From the NCBI RefSeq assembly GCF_963921235.1, contig NC_086109.1:9860001-9924000 (forward strand): a DNA stretch of 64,000 nt, written 5' to 3'. Made by a program: the position numbers and the translations under genes. This document shows positions 50,848 through 62,218 of this stretch, in pieces. Under the pieces are notes generated by a model. It was not told the origin of the DNA. It saw only the letters and a program-made list of their open reading frames with translations, and made no database searches. Within the stretch, counting starts at the first letter, position 1. Every line of letters begins with the position of its first letter. Origin of the DNA: Mobula hypostoma (Eukaryota).

Positions 50848-51120
50848 ACTAGCAATCGCTCTCACTGGAGGCTGGAACTATGCAGAGGTCTAAAAAGAGG
50901 AGAAGAGCTGAGGCTTGCTGCTGAAGAAAAGTGCACTCATCAGAAAAACAGCACCAAGCCAACACTGGAGGACAGTGCCATCAAGTCCAGTCGCTGCAGC
51001 CGAGACTGTCACTCCCGTGTGGGACTCTACAGCCACAACAGAAGCTGCTCTAACACAGACTGAAGCAAGACTTTCCAGGCGCAGATCCATGGTCTCACGA
51101 GACTAATGGATGCCACCACA
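50848..51120 (+). mobile_element. RTE-clade LINE extreme 3' end
   Basis: SRCSRDCHSRVGLYSHNRSC matches the C-terminal zinc-finger-like motif of RTE ORFs. Confidence 0.75.
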
Positions 51121-51624
51121 CTGGTGGTTGTCCATCATGTCCAACAATAACAGGAACCCTGTGCGGGAGGGAGAGCTTTTAAAGTGGAAAAGCTGTTGCA
51201 ATGGGGCAGTTCCACTTTCTTGTCCTCGGAATTCCAGGTACAGTGGTCTTCCTTGGTCGTAGTGGATGGCCATGATGTCTTCTGTGCCTTGTCATTTCCT
51301 TCACTTTCCATGGAGCGTTGCAGTATCACCTTGCTAGCCATTGGATCTCACTGTAGATCTCATCCATCCAGTCTAGCAGAGCTGGCTTTGCGTGCTGGGA
51401 CAGGCGTGTCCCTAACTCGCTGGGGTATGAGGCTGCCGGCTACCCTCACCTGCTTTAGTCCACCTGTCGAAGTGGTGTGGCCACTGACACATGCAAACAG
51501 TTGCTAGGAGCCACAGGTGAGTGAGAGCCGAGTGTCTGGTGGGGATCAGAGGTGAGTGAGCTGCCTTGGAATGGACACAAGCCCCTTCATCAGAGGTGCT
51601 ACCCCTCCCTGGACACACTATACA

Positions 51625-52545
51625 GGTCAACATATAATTTAAAAAACTATAAATTACAATAAGAAATATATATATATAGTATTTTATAAATAAAATTAAG
51701 TCAGTAGTGTAAAAAGAGACCAAAAAAGAGAAAATTAGTGAGGTATTGTACATGGGTGCATTGTTCATGCATAAATCTGATGGTGGTAGGGAAGAAGTTG
51801 TACTTAAAACATTGAGCATGTGTTTTCAGGCTCTTGTACATCCTCCTTGATGGTAACAATCAGAAGAGGCCATGTACTGGGTGATAGGGGTCCTTAATGA
51901 CGGATGCTGCCTTTTTTGAGGTATTGCCTATTGAAGATGTCCTCGATGCTGGGGTGGCTAGTGACCATGAAGGAGCTGGTTGAGTTTGCAACTTTCTGCA
52001 GCTTTTTACAATCCTGTACAGTGGCCACTCCATAACAGATGGTGATGCAACCAGTTAGAATGCTCTCCACGGTACACCTGTAGAAATTTGAGAGAGTCTT
52101 TGGTGACATACAAGTTTTCCTCAGCCTCCTAATGAAATATAGCTGCTGACTTGCCTTCCTTGAAATTACATCAATATGTTGGGCCCAGGATAGATAATCA
52201 GAGATGTTGACAACCAGGAACTTAAAGCTGTTCACCCTTTGTACTGCTGATCCCTCAATGAGGACTGGAGTGTGTTCAATCGACTTCCCCTTCCTGAAGT
52301 CCACAATCAATTCCTTGGTCTTAATGACGTTGAGTACAAGGTTGTTTCAACACCACTCCACCAGCTGAAATATCTCACTCCTGTATGCCTCCTCGCCACC
52401 ATCTGAAATTCTGCCAACAATAATAGTGTCATCGGCAAATTTATAGATGGTGTTTGAGCTGTGCCTAGCCACACAGTCATGGCTGCAGAGAGAGTAGAGT
52501 CGTGGGCTAAGCTTGAGGAGTGCCAGTGTTGATTGTCAGCAACCA
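51625..52545 (-). mobile_element. Rex1/Babar-type LINE 3' fragment
   Basis: ORF 51894-52310 (IVDFRKG, FKFLVVNISDYLSW, FYRCTVESILTGCI). Confidence 0.88.
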
Positions 52546-53352
52546 GTTGGGGCAAGGGCAGTAGAATTCTTCTCTGAAAGATTCACGAACTAGGGTTGCC
52601 ATGACTACCTGATAGTTGCATGGTTACTGTTACTGAGATTTGTTTTCCTTTTAAATTCCAAACTGGGGTAACTTTTACAATGTGTTCCAAGTGAATGAGG
52701 CAGGTACCTCATCATAAATGTGCTTTCTTGGAGTATTTTTTCAAAAATTTCCAATTAGTGGTCATGGTTTTTCATTGATTCGATTATGGTTATTGGATTT
52801 ATTGCATATGCCTGCAAGAAAATTAAATTCAGTGTTGTATATGGTGACAAATATGTACTCTGATAATAAATTTTCTTTGACCTTTGAGGTAACTAGCTCA
52901 CCATTTGTTGCTTGACCCTAATTGCATCTAAGCCAATCTATTATTTCAAGGTCAATTACATACGGGTAAAGAGTCACACATGAGCCAAACCATGTAAAAT
53001 GACTTCCACTTCCCACCTTAGAATGCAAAATGTATCTTTAAATATATTTATAGCCATCATCGCTCATGTATATTGAATTAAATTGAGGATTATTAACTAT
53101 TTTTTATTTTCATAGTTCCAGTGGTGGGATTTGAACTCAGATCCCTAGTTTGTTAGAAGCCCTTTATTGCCTATCCTGTGCCTTAACCACTACACCACTA
53201 ATGTAAAGCAGGTTCTAACACAACTGGAATTCATTGCTTTTCCCAACTGAGTAATCAAAGATAAGTAAAAGGAAGATTTCCCATTGCTCGGGAACTTTTC
53301 CCAGCATGGAATTGGAACTGGAATTGGTTTATTATTATCACGTGTATTGAGA

Positions 53353-54836
53353 CGTGTATTATCCACAGTAGACAGACAAAGCTTACCATCCCAGTACAAT
53401 CCCTTGTTGAAGAGGTCAAGGTAGCCAAGGTGAGATCATTCTTGATGCCTCAAGACTCAGAAGACCCTGTCATCAAGAACACCCAGCCGGATGTGCAATC
53501 AGGCAGGAAGTGGTCTGCCCGTGTGGCAGTTGATGAGGCAGACTCTAGATTGAAGCACAAGGAGATGGTTGGAGCTATCCAGCTAGGCCGTCAGGGACGT
53601 AGATGGACAACCCACAAGTGGTGGTCATCTTCTATAGGTAAGGAGCGCCGTGAGCTTGTAACACAAGAAATACAAGAGGTAGAAGAGGAGAAGAGGTTAG
53701 CTAAAACAGCTGGCCTGGCCAAACAAGGGACTTGGACCTGGTGGGAAAGTGTTGAACAACGATATCTATCTTGGAATGTTCTGTGGCAGATGGAACTGCT
53801 CCACATTTCTTTTCTATGCAGAACAGCGTATGATCTGCTCCCAACACCTGCCAACCTCAGCACCTGGTATGAAGATAAGACAGACAGGTGTGCTGCTTGT
53901 GGTGAGAAGGGAACACTTCAACATATTTTGAGTGCATGCAAAGTCAATTTTTCCAGCGACATGTACACTTGGAGACATAACAACGTTCTCAAAGTTGTGA
54001 CAGAAGCTGTTGAGCAGAGAGTACTGCAGCACAACTTATCTCATGCCCCATGCTGCACAGAACATCACATATCATTTGTGAAAGAAGGCTCCAAGTCAAG
54101 GGTGTACAGTGCAGGCTCACGATCAAGCATACTTTCTTCAGCCAATGATTGGTGTGTCAAGGCCGACTTGGATGGGAAAGGCAGTCTCCCGGAGCAAATA
54201 GCTTTCACCACATTGCGTCCAGATATAATCGTATGGTCTGACACCAGTAGAGAAGCGGTTATTGGTGAACTCACAGTCCCCTGGGAAGACAACACCGATG
54301 AAGCCCGTGAGCGCAAGTTAACCAAGTATGCAGAATTAAGATCTGAGTGCAGAGACAGAGGGTGGAAGGTCTCATGCTATCCATTCGAAGTAGGCTGCCG
54401 TGGGTTTATTGCGTTCACTTTCCCGAAGTGGCTGCGTGGCCTTGGCTTCACTGGAAGAGAGATCAAGTCAACCAGCAGGGCTATAGCTGAGGCAGCAGAG
54501 ACAGGATCAGCATTGGTGTGGACCAAGTACGTCCAGAGGGGCAGATAGTCGGACAGTGTATCTATCTTTTGCAAACCCTTCAGTAGTTGCATAGACACCT
54601 GGAGAGTAGACTATCTGTTGGATGGAAACGACCAACGACTCTGATAGAGGCAGTTGCCAAGTTTTTAAGCTCACCAGTGGGAGGTGGTGTTTTAGCACTG
54701 CTGGCCCACCACCTCGAGGGAGTCTTGATCATAAGCTGGCCGAAATTTCTGAAGACAGGCTGCAGATCAACTGATGATCCCACTGGTGATAGCACAGTAC
54801 AGTTAACATCTTAGTCCACATGTATTTTCAATTCTT
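53353..54836 (+). mobile_element. 5'-truncated non-LTR retrotransposon with a restriction-like endonuclease (HERO/NeSL-like)
   Basis: Uninterrupted frame 53361-54548, ~270-bp 3' UTR, and 18-bp flanking duplication TTATCA(C/A)GTGTATTGAGA at 53335-53352 and 54837-54854. Confidence 0.88.
53430..54548 (+). CDS. C-terminal part of an RLE-type retrotransposon protein: CCHC zinc knuckle + PD-(D/E)xK endonuclease
   Basis: YDLLPTPANL, CAACGEKGTLQHILSAC, YTWRHNNVL, LRPDIIVW, ELTVPWE, RKLTKY and EVGCRGF motifs. Confidence 0.9.
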   Translation: MRSFLMPQDSEDPVIKNTQPDVQSGRKWSARVAVDEADSRLKHKEMVGAIQLGRQGRRWTTHKWWSSSIGKERRELVTQEIQEVEEEKRLAKTAGLAKQGTWTWWESVEQRYLSWNVLWQMELLHISFLCRTAYDLLPTPANLSTWYEDKTDRCAACGEKGTLQHILSACKVNFSSDMYTWRHNNVLKVVTEAVEQRVLQHNLSHAPCCTEHHISFVKEGSKSRVYSAGSRSSILSSANDWCVKADLDGKGSLPEQIAFTTLRPDIIVWSDTSREAVIGELTVPWEDNTDEARERKLTKYAELRSECRDRGWKVSCYPFEVGCRGFIAFTFPKWLRGLGFTGREIKSTSRAIAEAAETGSALVWTKYVQRGR

Positions 54837-55150
54837 TTATCAAGTGTATTGAGATACAGCTTGTCTTGCACACTATTCATACAGATTGAATTATCACAAC
54901 AGTGCATTGAAGTAGAGCAAGCTAAAAAAAAATAACAGAATGCAGAATAAAGTGTAGCAGTTACAGAGAATGTGCAGTGCAGGCACGCAATGAGGTGCAA
55001 GATCATAACAAGGTAGACTGTAAGGTCAGGAGTCCATCTTATTGCATTCGAGGACCTTTCGATAGTCTTATAACAGAGGGCTAGAAACTGTGCTTGAACC
55101 TGGTGGTACACGATTTCAGGCTTTTGTAGACAGAGTTCATGGAGTTCTTT

Positions 55151-55401
55151 TAAAAACGCAAACACGAGGAATTCTGCAGATGCTGGAAATTCAAGCAACA
55201 CACATCAAAGATACTGGGGAACGCAGCAGGTCAGGCAGCAGCTCTAGGAAGAGGTACAGTTGACGTTTCAGGCCGGGACCCTTATTACTAGCTCTTCCTT
55301 CAGTTAGTCCTGACGAAGGGTCCCGGCCTGAAACGTCGACCGTACCTCTTCCTAGAGATGCTGCCTGGCCTGCTGCGTTCACCAGCAACTTTGATGTGTG
55401 T
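55151..55401. mobile_element. Palindromic Penelope pseudo-LTR insertion with 15-bp TSD
   Basis: Inverted arms; TSD TTCATGGAGTTCTTT at 55136-55150 and 55402-55416; same subfamily as 27727-27943. Confidence 0.88.
55307..55340 (+). ncRNA. Minimal type I hammerhead ribozyme (Penelope-associated), core intact
   Basis: GTC-CTGACGA-AGGGTCCCGGCCT-GAAAC-GTC-GAC. Confidence 0.8.
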
Positions 55402-55835
55402 TTCATGGAGTTCTTTGTAGTTTCTTGTGCTCACGGGCAGAGCAGTTGTCACACCAAGCTGTGATACACCCACATAGGATACCTTCTATGGTATATTGAT
55501 AAAAATTGGCAAGGGTTGACAGGGACATATCAAATTTCTTTAGCCGCCTGATGAAGTAGAGGTGCTGTTGAGCTTTGTTGACCATTGCATCTATGTAGTT
55601 TGACCCAGACAGGCTATTTGTGATGTTCACTCCTAGGAACTTTCAGCCCTCTCAACCTCTACCCCATTGATGTAGGCAAAAGCATGCACACCATCCCCCT
55701 TCTTGAAGTCAATAACCAGCTCTTTTGTTTTGCTTGCATTGAGGGAAAGGTTGTTGTCATAATACCATGTCACTAAGCTCTCCATCTCCTTCCTCTGCTC
55801 CGACCCATTGTTATTTGAGATATGGCCCAGTACAG
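55402..55835 (-). mobile_element. Rex1/Babar-type LINE fragment (3' UTR at 54837-55135)
   Basis: NNLSLNASKTKELVIDFKK and KAQQHLYFIRRLKKF. Confidence 0.82.
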
Positions 55836-57694
55836 TCCACACTGAGGTGGGCCCCAAACCTTTCATAGCCAAAGAAGGGCAATTGAAATTGATGAACTCC
55901 TGCAATTTATAAAACACAGCAGCTAACTTGCACACACCAAATTCCAAAATAGTCTTGTTTTTGTGATGTTGATTGTGGGATAAATATTGGCAGGGCACCA
56001 AGGATAATTTTCCCATTCTCATTTGGAAGATTGCCCAAGAGATTTCTTGTGTCCACCTGAGAGAACAGACAGGCACTGGTTTAATGGGCCAGATCAACTT
56101 GGCATCAACCCACACCTTACCCTCAACACCCTTCTTGCACTAATCTTCTGTGCCGAGTCCAGATCTTGGTGCTGTGAAAGAGACATGGATGGAGGTCTTC
56201 ACACATTGTGTCTCAATCTAAGACCCTGACCCTTGTTGCCCTTTTGCCCACTCATGGTGTCAAAGGCCCTGAAACAATGTCTAAATGTCTCTGATCATCA
56301 AAAGGACTTAACGTGAAAAGTTTTAGATAATTGTTCTACATTGTTTATTGCTATTGGTTTATTATTGTTACATGCACCATGATTCAGTGAAAAGCTTGAT
56401 TGCATACTGTTTATACAGATCAAATCATAACACAGTGCATTGAGCTAGAATAAAGTAAAACAATAACAATGCAGAATAAAGTGCAAAAGCTGCTGAAAAA
56501 GTGCAGTGCAGGTAAAAGATAAAGTGCAAAATCATAGTGAGGGAGACTGTAAGGCCAAGAGTCAATCTTATCATGCAAGAGGTTCTTTCAAGAGTCCGGT
56601 ACCAGTGGGATAGAAGCTAGCCTTGAGCCTAGTGGTGTGAGTTTTCAGGTTTTTGTATCTTCTGCCTGAAGGGAAGAAAGTCTGCAGTGGACAGGGTCTT
56701 TGATTATGCTGGCTGATTCATCAAGGCAGAAGAACTATGGATGGAACCTATGGAGGGGGAGCCCATGGTTTAAGGACAATTAAGAAATGAAATCCGAGAA
56801 GAATTATCAGGAATCTATTTCCTCTGCTTTAAAAATATCCAGCCTCCATTCTCTTCCAGGAAGAGAATTCTGAAGGTTCATAATGCTCTAAAAGCCCCAT
56901 CTCATCCAGCCTTAGTGTAAGTGACCCCTTAATTCTGAACAATCATAGCTTGTTCTAAGTTCTCCCAAGAGTGAAAATATCCTCCTATACACCCCATCCC
57001 ACCCAAACCAAGACCTTTCAGGACCTTTTTCTTTTCAAGTTTCCTCTGCCTCTTCTGAGGGAGATTCTAATTTAATCAAAAACATTAATAATTTATTTTA
57101 AAAAGATGCAATAAGTACAGACCCGTTATCTATACAAACCTTTTCCAACCACATCAGTGCCACCATTTTAAATAAATGGTTCTGTACCACAGCACTGGCA
57201 TTACGCTAAGGATCCGGTTACAGAATGGATCCAGCGGGAATGAATTCCGCTCCTGCTCTGTGTTGTGCCGTGGTGATCTTGAAGAAAAGATACATTGGCA
57301 TTGACCTCCAGTCTTCTGCCGACCTCCGCCCAGCAGACACGGAAGGAATACACTGGCGGCGTTTGTCTACTGAACTGTTGTGAGAAGATAAGTGATTTTT
57401 GCCTCAATCTTTCATCCAGCTCCTTAAACAGTCTGGCACTCGCAGTACTGGGACACCACAAAGTGCAGAGTTTTGCACTGGACTGAGACACAATTACATA
57501 ACATCCTGACCCGCAGCGAACACTTCATCAAAGTGTCACCTGTTCCGACAGCCTCACATTCCAATAATTCAAACTCCTTAACTCAATAAAGGCATAAGAA
57601 TTGCTTGGCACAGGCTTGTCTTTCTCCATGTTTCATTGCAACATAGAGGAGAGCAGTTCAACCCATCGAGACCATGCTAGCTCTCAGAGCATTC

Positions 57695-58112
57695 TCATAA
57701 GATACAGGAGCAGAATTAGGCTGTTTGGCCCATTGAGTCTGCTCCGCCATTCTGTTATGGCTGATTTATTATCCCTCTCAACCCCATTCTCCCCATAGCC
57801 TTTGATGCCCCTACAAATCAAGAACCTATCAATCTCTGCTTTAAATATGCCCAATGATTTGGCCTCCACAAACTTCTGTGGCAATGAATTCAACAGATTC
57901 ACCACCCTCTGGCTAAAGAAATTCTCCCTCATCTCTGTTCTAAAGGCATGCACTTGCATTCGGAGGTTGTGCCCTCTGGTCCTAGACTCACCTACTATAG
58001 GAAACATCCTCTCCGCTTCTACTCTATCTAGCCCTTTCAATAGGTTTCAATGAGATACCCCTCATTCTTCTATACTCCAGTGAGTACAGGCCCAGAACAA
58101 TCAAACGCTCAT
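57695..58112 (-). mobile_element. CR1 3' end
   Basis: ORF 57684-58040 (KGLDRVEAERMFP, FFSQRVVNLLNSLP). Confidence 0.9.
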
Positions 58113-58959
58113 CAATTCTATTCCCCCACATTGCCCTGTCACTGATTTCCATTCCCCTATCCATCAGCTTCAGTCTGATTTGCCTACGGTAGATGATTCA
58201 CTCACTAGCTCACACCTCTTTGCTAAATGGAAGGAAATTAGGGCACCCGGAAGAATCCTCGGCAGTCACAGGGAGAATGTGCATACTCTACACACACACA
58301 ACACCCAAGGTCAGGATTGAAATCGGCTGCTGGGGGTGTGAGGCAACAGCTCTCCCTGCTGTGTCACTGTATATCTCCTTGCTTTATACTGTTTGATACA
58401 GATAAATATAAAGCAGGGAGATGTGGTGAAAAGCAGCACCCATTCTCAGAGAGCCCCAACACCCAGGACATGCTCTCTTCTCACTGCTGCCATCAGGAAG
58501 GAACAGGGGCCTCAGGACTCACACCACCATGGTCAGGAAGTTATTGCCCTTCAACCATCAGGCTTTTGAACCAGTGGGGATAACTTCACTCGCCCCCATC
58601 ACTGAACTTTTTCCACAAAATATTGACTCACTTTCAAGTACGCTTCAGCTCTCGTTCTCAATATTTACTTATTTATTTTGTTTTTATTTTGTATTTGCAC
58701 AGTTTGCTGCCTTTTGCACATTGGTTGTCCGTCCTGTTGGGTGTGATCTCTCATGGATTCTATTGTGTTTCTTGAATTTACTGTGTATGCCTGCAATAAA
58801 ACAAATCTTAGGGTTGTATGTGGTGACATACATATATATATATTGATAATAAATTTACTTTGAATTTTGAACTTTGAGCAAATTCTGAAAGAAGGTCATA
58901 AGGATTAAGGAACTTATAATAGGTCGTTCTGTCACTCACTCATCTTCTACCCAAGCACT

Positions 58960-59276
58960 ACGGTAGAGTAGCAGTTAGTGTGGCTGTTTACAGTGGCAGT
59001 GATCAGAAGACTGGGATTCCATTACTGTCACTGTCTGGAAGGAGCTTGTACGTTCTCCCTGTGACCACGTGGGCTTCCTCCCGATGTTCTGGATTCCTCC
59101 CACATTCCAAAGACACACGGGATAATGATATGTCAAAATGCTACGTTGGCACTGAAAGCGTGGCGACACTCACCAATTGTCCCCAACACATCCTTTAGAA
59201 TGCATCGGTCGTGACTCATGAACGATGCATTTCACTGCATGCTTCAATGTTTTGATGTACGTGTGTCAGATAAAGC
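58960..59276 (+). mobile_element. V-SINE (HE1-like) whose tail is interrupted by the MITE
   Basis: V-domain GTGGGCTTCCTCCCGATGTTCTGGATTCCTCCCAC; the tail TAAAGCTAAT resumes at 59854. Confidence 0.72.
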
Positions 59277-59853
59277 CAGACATCCCACCCTGCAAAAACT
59301 TATTTCATGGAGGTAGCACCGTCAATTTGCGGGAGACTTCCAGAACTTCCGGGAGAGGTGGGATGTCTGCAATAGAGTAGCTCCTTAGCAGCTAGCCAGC
59401 TAGTTTAAATAATGTTAGCTATGCTAATGAATGAATGACACCTGTTAAACTCACCTCAACATGTCTTTTACAGACTTAACCCACCATGGGCAATAGAAAA
59501 GTCACTGTTGCAAACAGTGCCACAAGCAACACTGTCATTATTTTGACCCCTATTAGGCAGGGGTACACTTTAGTGTAGTTTGGGGTGACGTACTTTTTAT
59601 ATTTTCTTTTTTTGGAACACTGCCATGGTGCGCTGTCTCTCTCTCTCGTGCGCGCGTGCTCGCTCTCTCGCTCTCTCTCTCTCGTGGTCACTCTCACGCT
59701 CGCTCTCCCTTGCTCTCTCTCTCTTGCTCTCGCACTCCCTCGCTCGCTCTCAAAAAAATTGATTTCCGGGATATTGTATATAATTTGCAGGCATCAGGGA
59801 GCCACTATCATATGCGGAGACTCCCGGAACTTCCGGGAGAGGTGGGATGTCTG
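59277..59853 (-). mobile_element. Non-autonomous TIR DNA transposon (hAT-like, 6-bp TSD), copy 1
   Basis: TIR CAGACATCCCACC...GGTGGGATGTCTG; TSD TAAAGC at 59271-59276 and 59854-59859; zinc-finger exon remnant. Confidence 0.88.
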
Positions 59854-60429
59854 TAAAGCTAATTTTTAACTTTTATCTTTGTTGTCATGCTTTAGCAACA
59901 TATCCTTTGATCTGTTTTAATTTCCAGAAATCTATCAATCACAGTTGAATTCAGAAACTCCAAAACACTTTTGGACTAAGAATCCGAAAGATTCACCATC
60001 CTTAATTTGAAGAAATTTTTTGCTCCAGCTAAATATCACAGCCCTTGTTCAAGACTCACCCACGACAAGATTTGCATCTTGCCAGTCAGGCCCTCTCAGT
60101 GGTTTTTATGTCTCAATGATACCTCCCCTCATTCTTCTATGAGAATGTAAACAGGTCGAGTGTACCCCGTCTCTTCTTGTATGGCAGACTATTCATCCTG
60201 GAAAGCAGTCTGATGAATTTTCACTGTGCTCACAGGTCTTCACCAGTTTCCATCAGTGCTCCATTCCTGTCAACTGTTCGTAACCAAACAGTTTATAAGT
60301 CAGAAAGTTCCCACATGGCATGCAGCCCTCAGTAGCTGAAAAATTCAACCCACTGATCTCCAGACTTTCATTAGTACTTTTGTAAGTTATGGTTTGTAAT
60401 TTGGGGAGGACCTGTGTCTGCCAGTGGAG

Positions 60430-60760
60430 TACTACAGCACAGAAACAGGCTATTCGGCCCATCCAGACTATGTCGACCTGATCTTCTGGCTGGTGCCATC
60501 TACCCACACCTGGACCATATCCCTCCATACCTCTACCATCCATGAACCTATCCAATGTTGAAATCGAACCCACATCCACTTCTTCCATTGGCAGCTCATG
60601 CCACACTTGTACCTAACCTCTGAATGAAGAAGTTCCCCCTCAGATTCCCCTTGAATATTTCACCTTTCACCCTGAACCTATAACCTCTTGTTCTAGTCTC
60701 CTCCAGCCTGAGAGGGAAAAGTCCGCAAGCATCCACCCTATCGATACTCCTCATAATCTT
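60430..60760 (-). mobile_element. Old CR1 3' end
   Basis: WHELP motif and CR1 3' UTR pattern. Confidence 0.75.
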
Positions 60761-60966
60761 TAGTCAACGAATCCTTCTTTAAGAGTGTACTGCATATCTG
60801 AAGCAACTGTGAAACTGGGCTTCATTTTTTATTTGTTAATTCGTGGGATCTTAACATTGCTGGTAAGGTTAGCAGTTACGACCACCAGTCACTGGACTGA
60901 AAAGGCAGGGTGTCGGGACCGGAGGTGAGGGTCGGCTCTGCCATGTTTTGCTCTGCTGTGTGATGA

Positions 60967-61664
60967 ACTGAGGCTGAGGCGGTGGCCTGCTCTAGGCCGG
61001 CTGCCCCGGTCTTCCTGTGTCTATGGACTCACTGAGGCCATGGGCCTGCTCCGGGTCGGCTGCCCCGGGCTTCGTGTGTCTATGGACTCACTGAGGCTGT
61101 GGGCCTGCTCCGGGTCGGCTGCCCCGGGCTTCCTGTGTCTACGGACTCACTGAGGCCGTGGGCCTGCTCCGGGCTGGGTGCCCTGGGCTTCCTGTGTCTG
61201 CGGACTCACTGAGGCCGTGGGCCTGCTCCGGGTCCGCTGCCCCGGGCTTCGTGTGTCTACGGACTCACTGAGGCCGTGGGCCTGCTCCGGGTCGGCTGCC
61301 CCGGGCTTCGTGTGTCTATGGACTTACTGAGGCTGTGGGCCTGCTCTGGGCTGGCTGCCCCGGGCTTCCTGTGTCTATGGACTCACTGAGGCTGTGGGCC
61401 TGCTCCGGGTCTGCTGCTCCGGGCTTCGTGTGTCTACGGACTCACTGAGGCTGTGGGCCTGCTCCGGGCCGGCTGCTCCGGTCTTCCTGTGTCTATGGAC
61501 TTACTGAGGCTGTGGGCCTGCTCTGGGCTGGCTGCCCCGGGCTTCCTGTGTCTATGGACTCACTGAGGCTGTGGGCTTACTCCGAGCCAGCTGCCCTGGG
61601 CTTCATGTGTCTGTGGACTCACTGAGGCTGTAGGCCTGCTCCGGGCCGGCTGCCCCAGGCTTCT
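60967..61664. repeat. 59-bp GC-rich minisatellite, ~12 copies; resumes at 62219-62287 after the MITE
   Basis: GGACTCACTGAGG recurs at 61025, 61084, 61143, 61202, 61261 and onward (period 59). Confidence 0.95.
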
Positions 61665-62218
61665 CAGACACCCCACCTCTCCCGGAAGTTCCAGGAGTCT
61701 CCCACATCTTGATAGTGGCTTCCTGATGCCCGCAACTTATATACAATGTCCCGGAAATCGATTTTTTTTGAGAGCAAGCAAGCAAGCGAGTGAGCGCGCG
61801 AAAGAGAGAGCGAGAGAGCAAGAGAGAGAGATAGAGAGAGCAAGAGAGGGTGCGAGAGAGAGAGAGAGAGAGCACCATGGCAGAGTGTTCCAAAAAAGAA
61901 AATATAAAACGTACGTCACCCCAGACTACACCAAAGTGTACCCCTGCCTAATAGGGGTCAAAAATAATGACAGTGTTGCTCGCTGCACTGTTTGCAACAG
62001 TGACTTTTCTATGGCCCATGGTGGGTTAAAATGTTGAAGACATGTTGAAGTGAGTTTAACAGGTGTCATTCGTTCATTAGCATAGCTAACGTTATTTAAA
62101 CTAGCTGGCTAGCTGCTAAAGAGCTACTCTATTGCAGACATCCCACCTGTCCTGGAAGTCTCCCATAAATTAATGGTGCTACCTCCCTGAAATGAGTTTT
62201 TGCAGGGTGGGATGTCTG
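61665..62218 (+). mobile_element. Non-autonomous TIR DNA transposon (hAT-like), copy 2, inverted relative to copy 1
   Basis: Same TIRs; from ATG 61877 it encodes MAECSKKRKYKTYVTPDYTKVYPCLIGVKNNDSVARCTVCNSDFSMAHGGLK. Confidence 0.88.

Noticed and set aside
59476..62037. RE/SL-rich ORFs
   Set aside because: They arise from (GA)n low-complexity tracts inside the MITEs; only the short zinc-finger segment looks transposase-derived.
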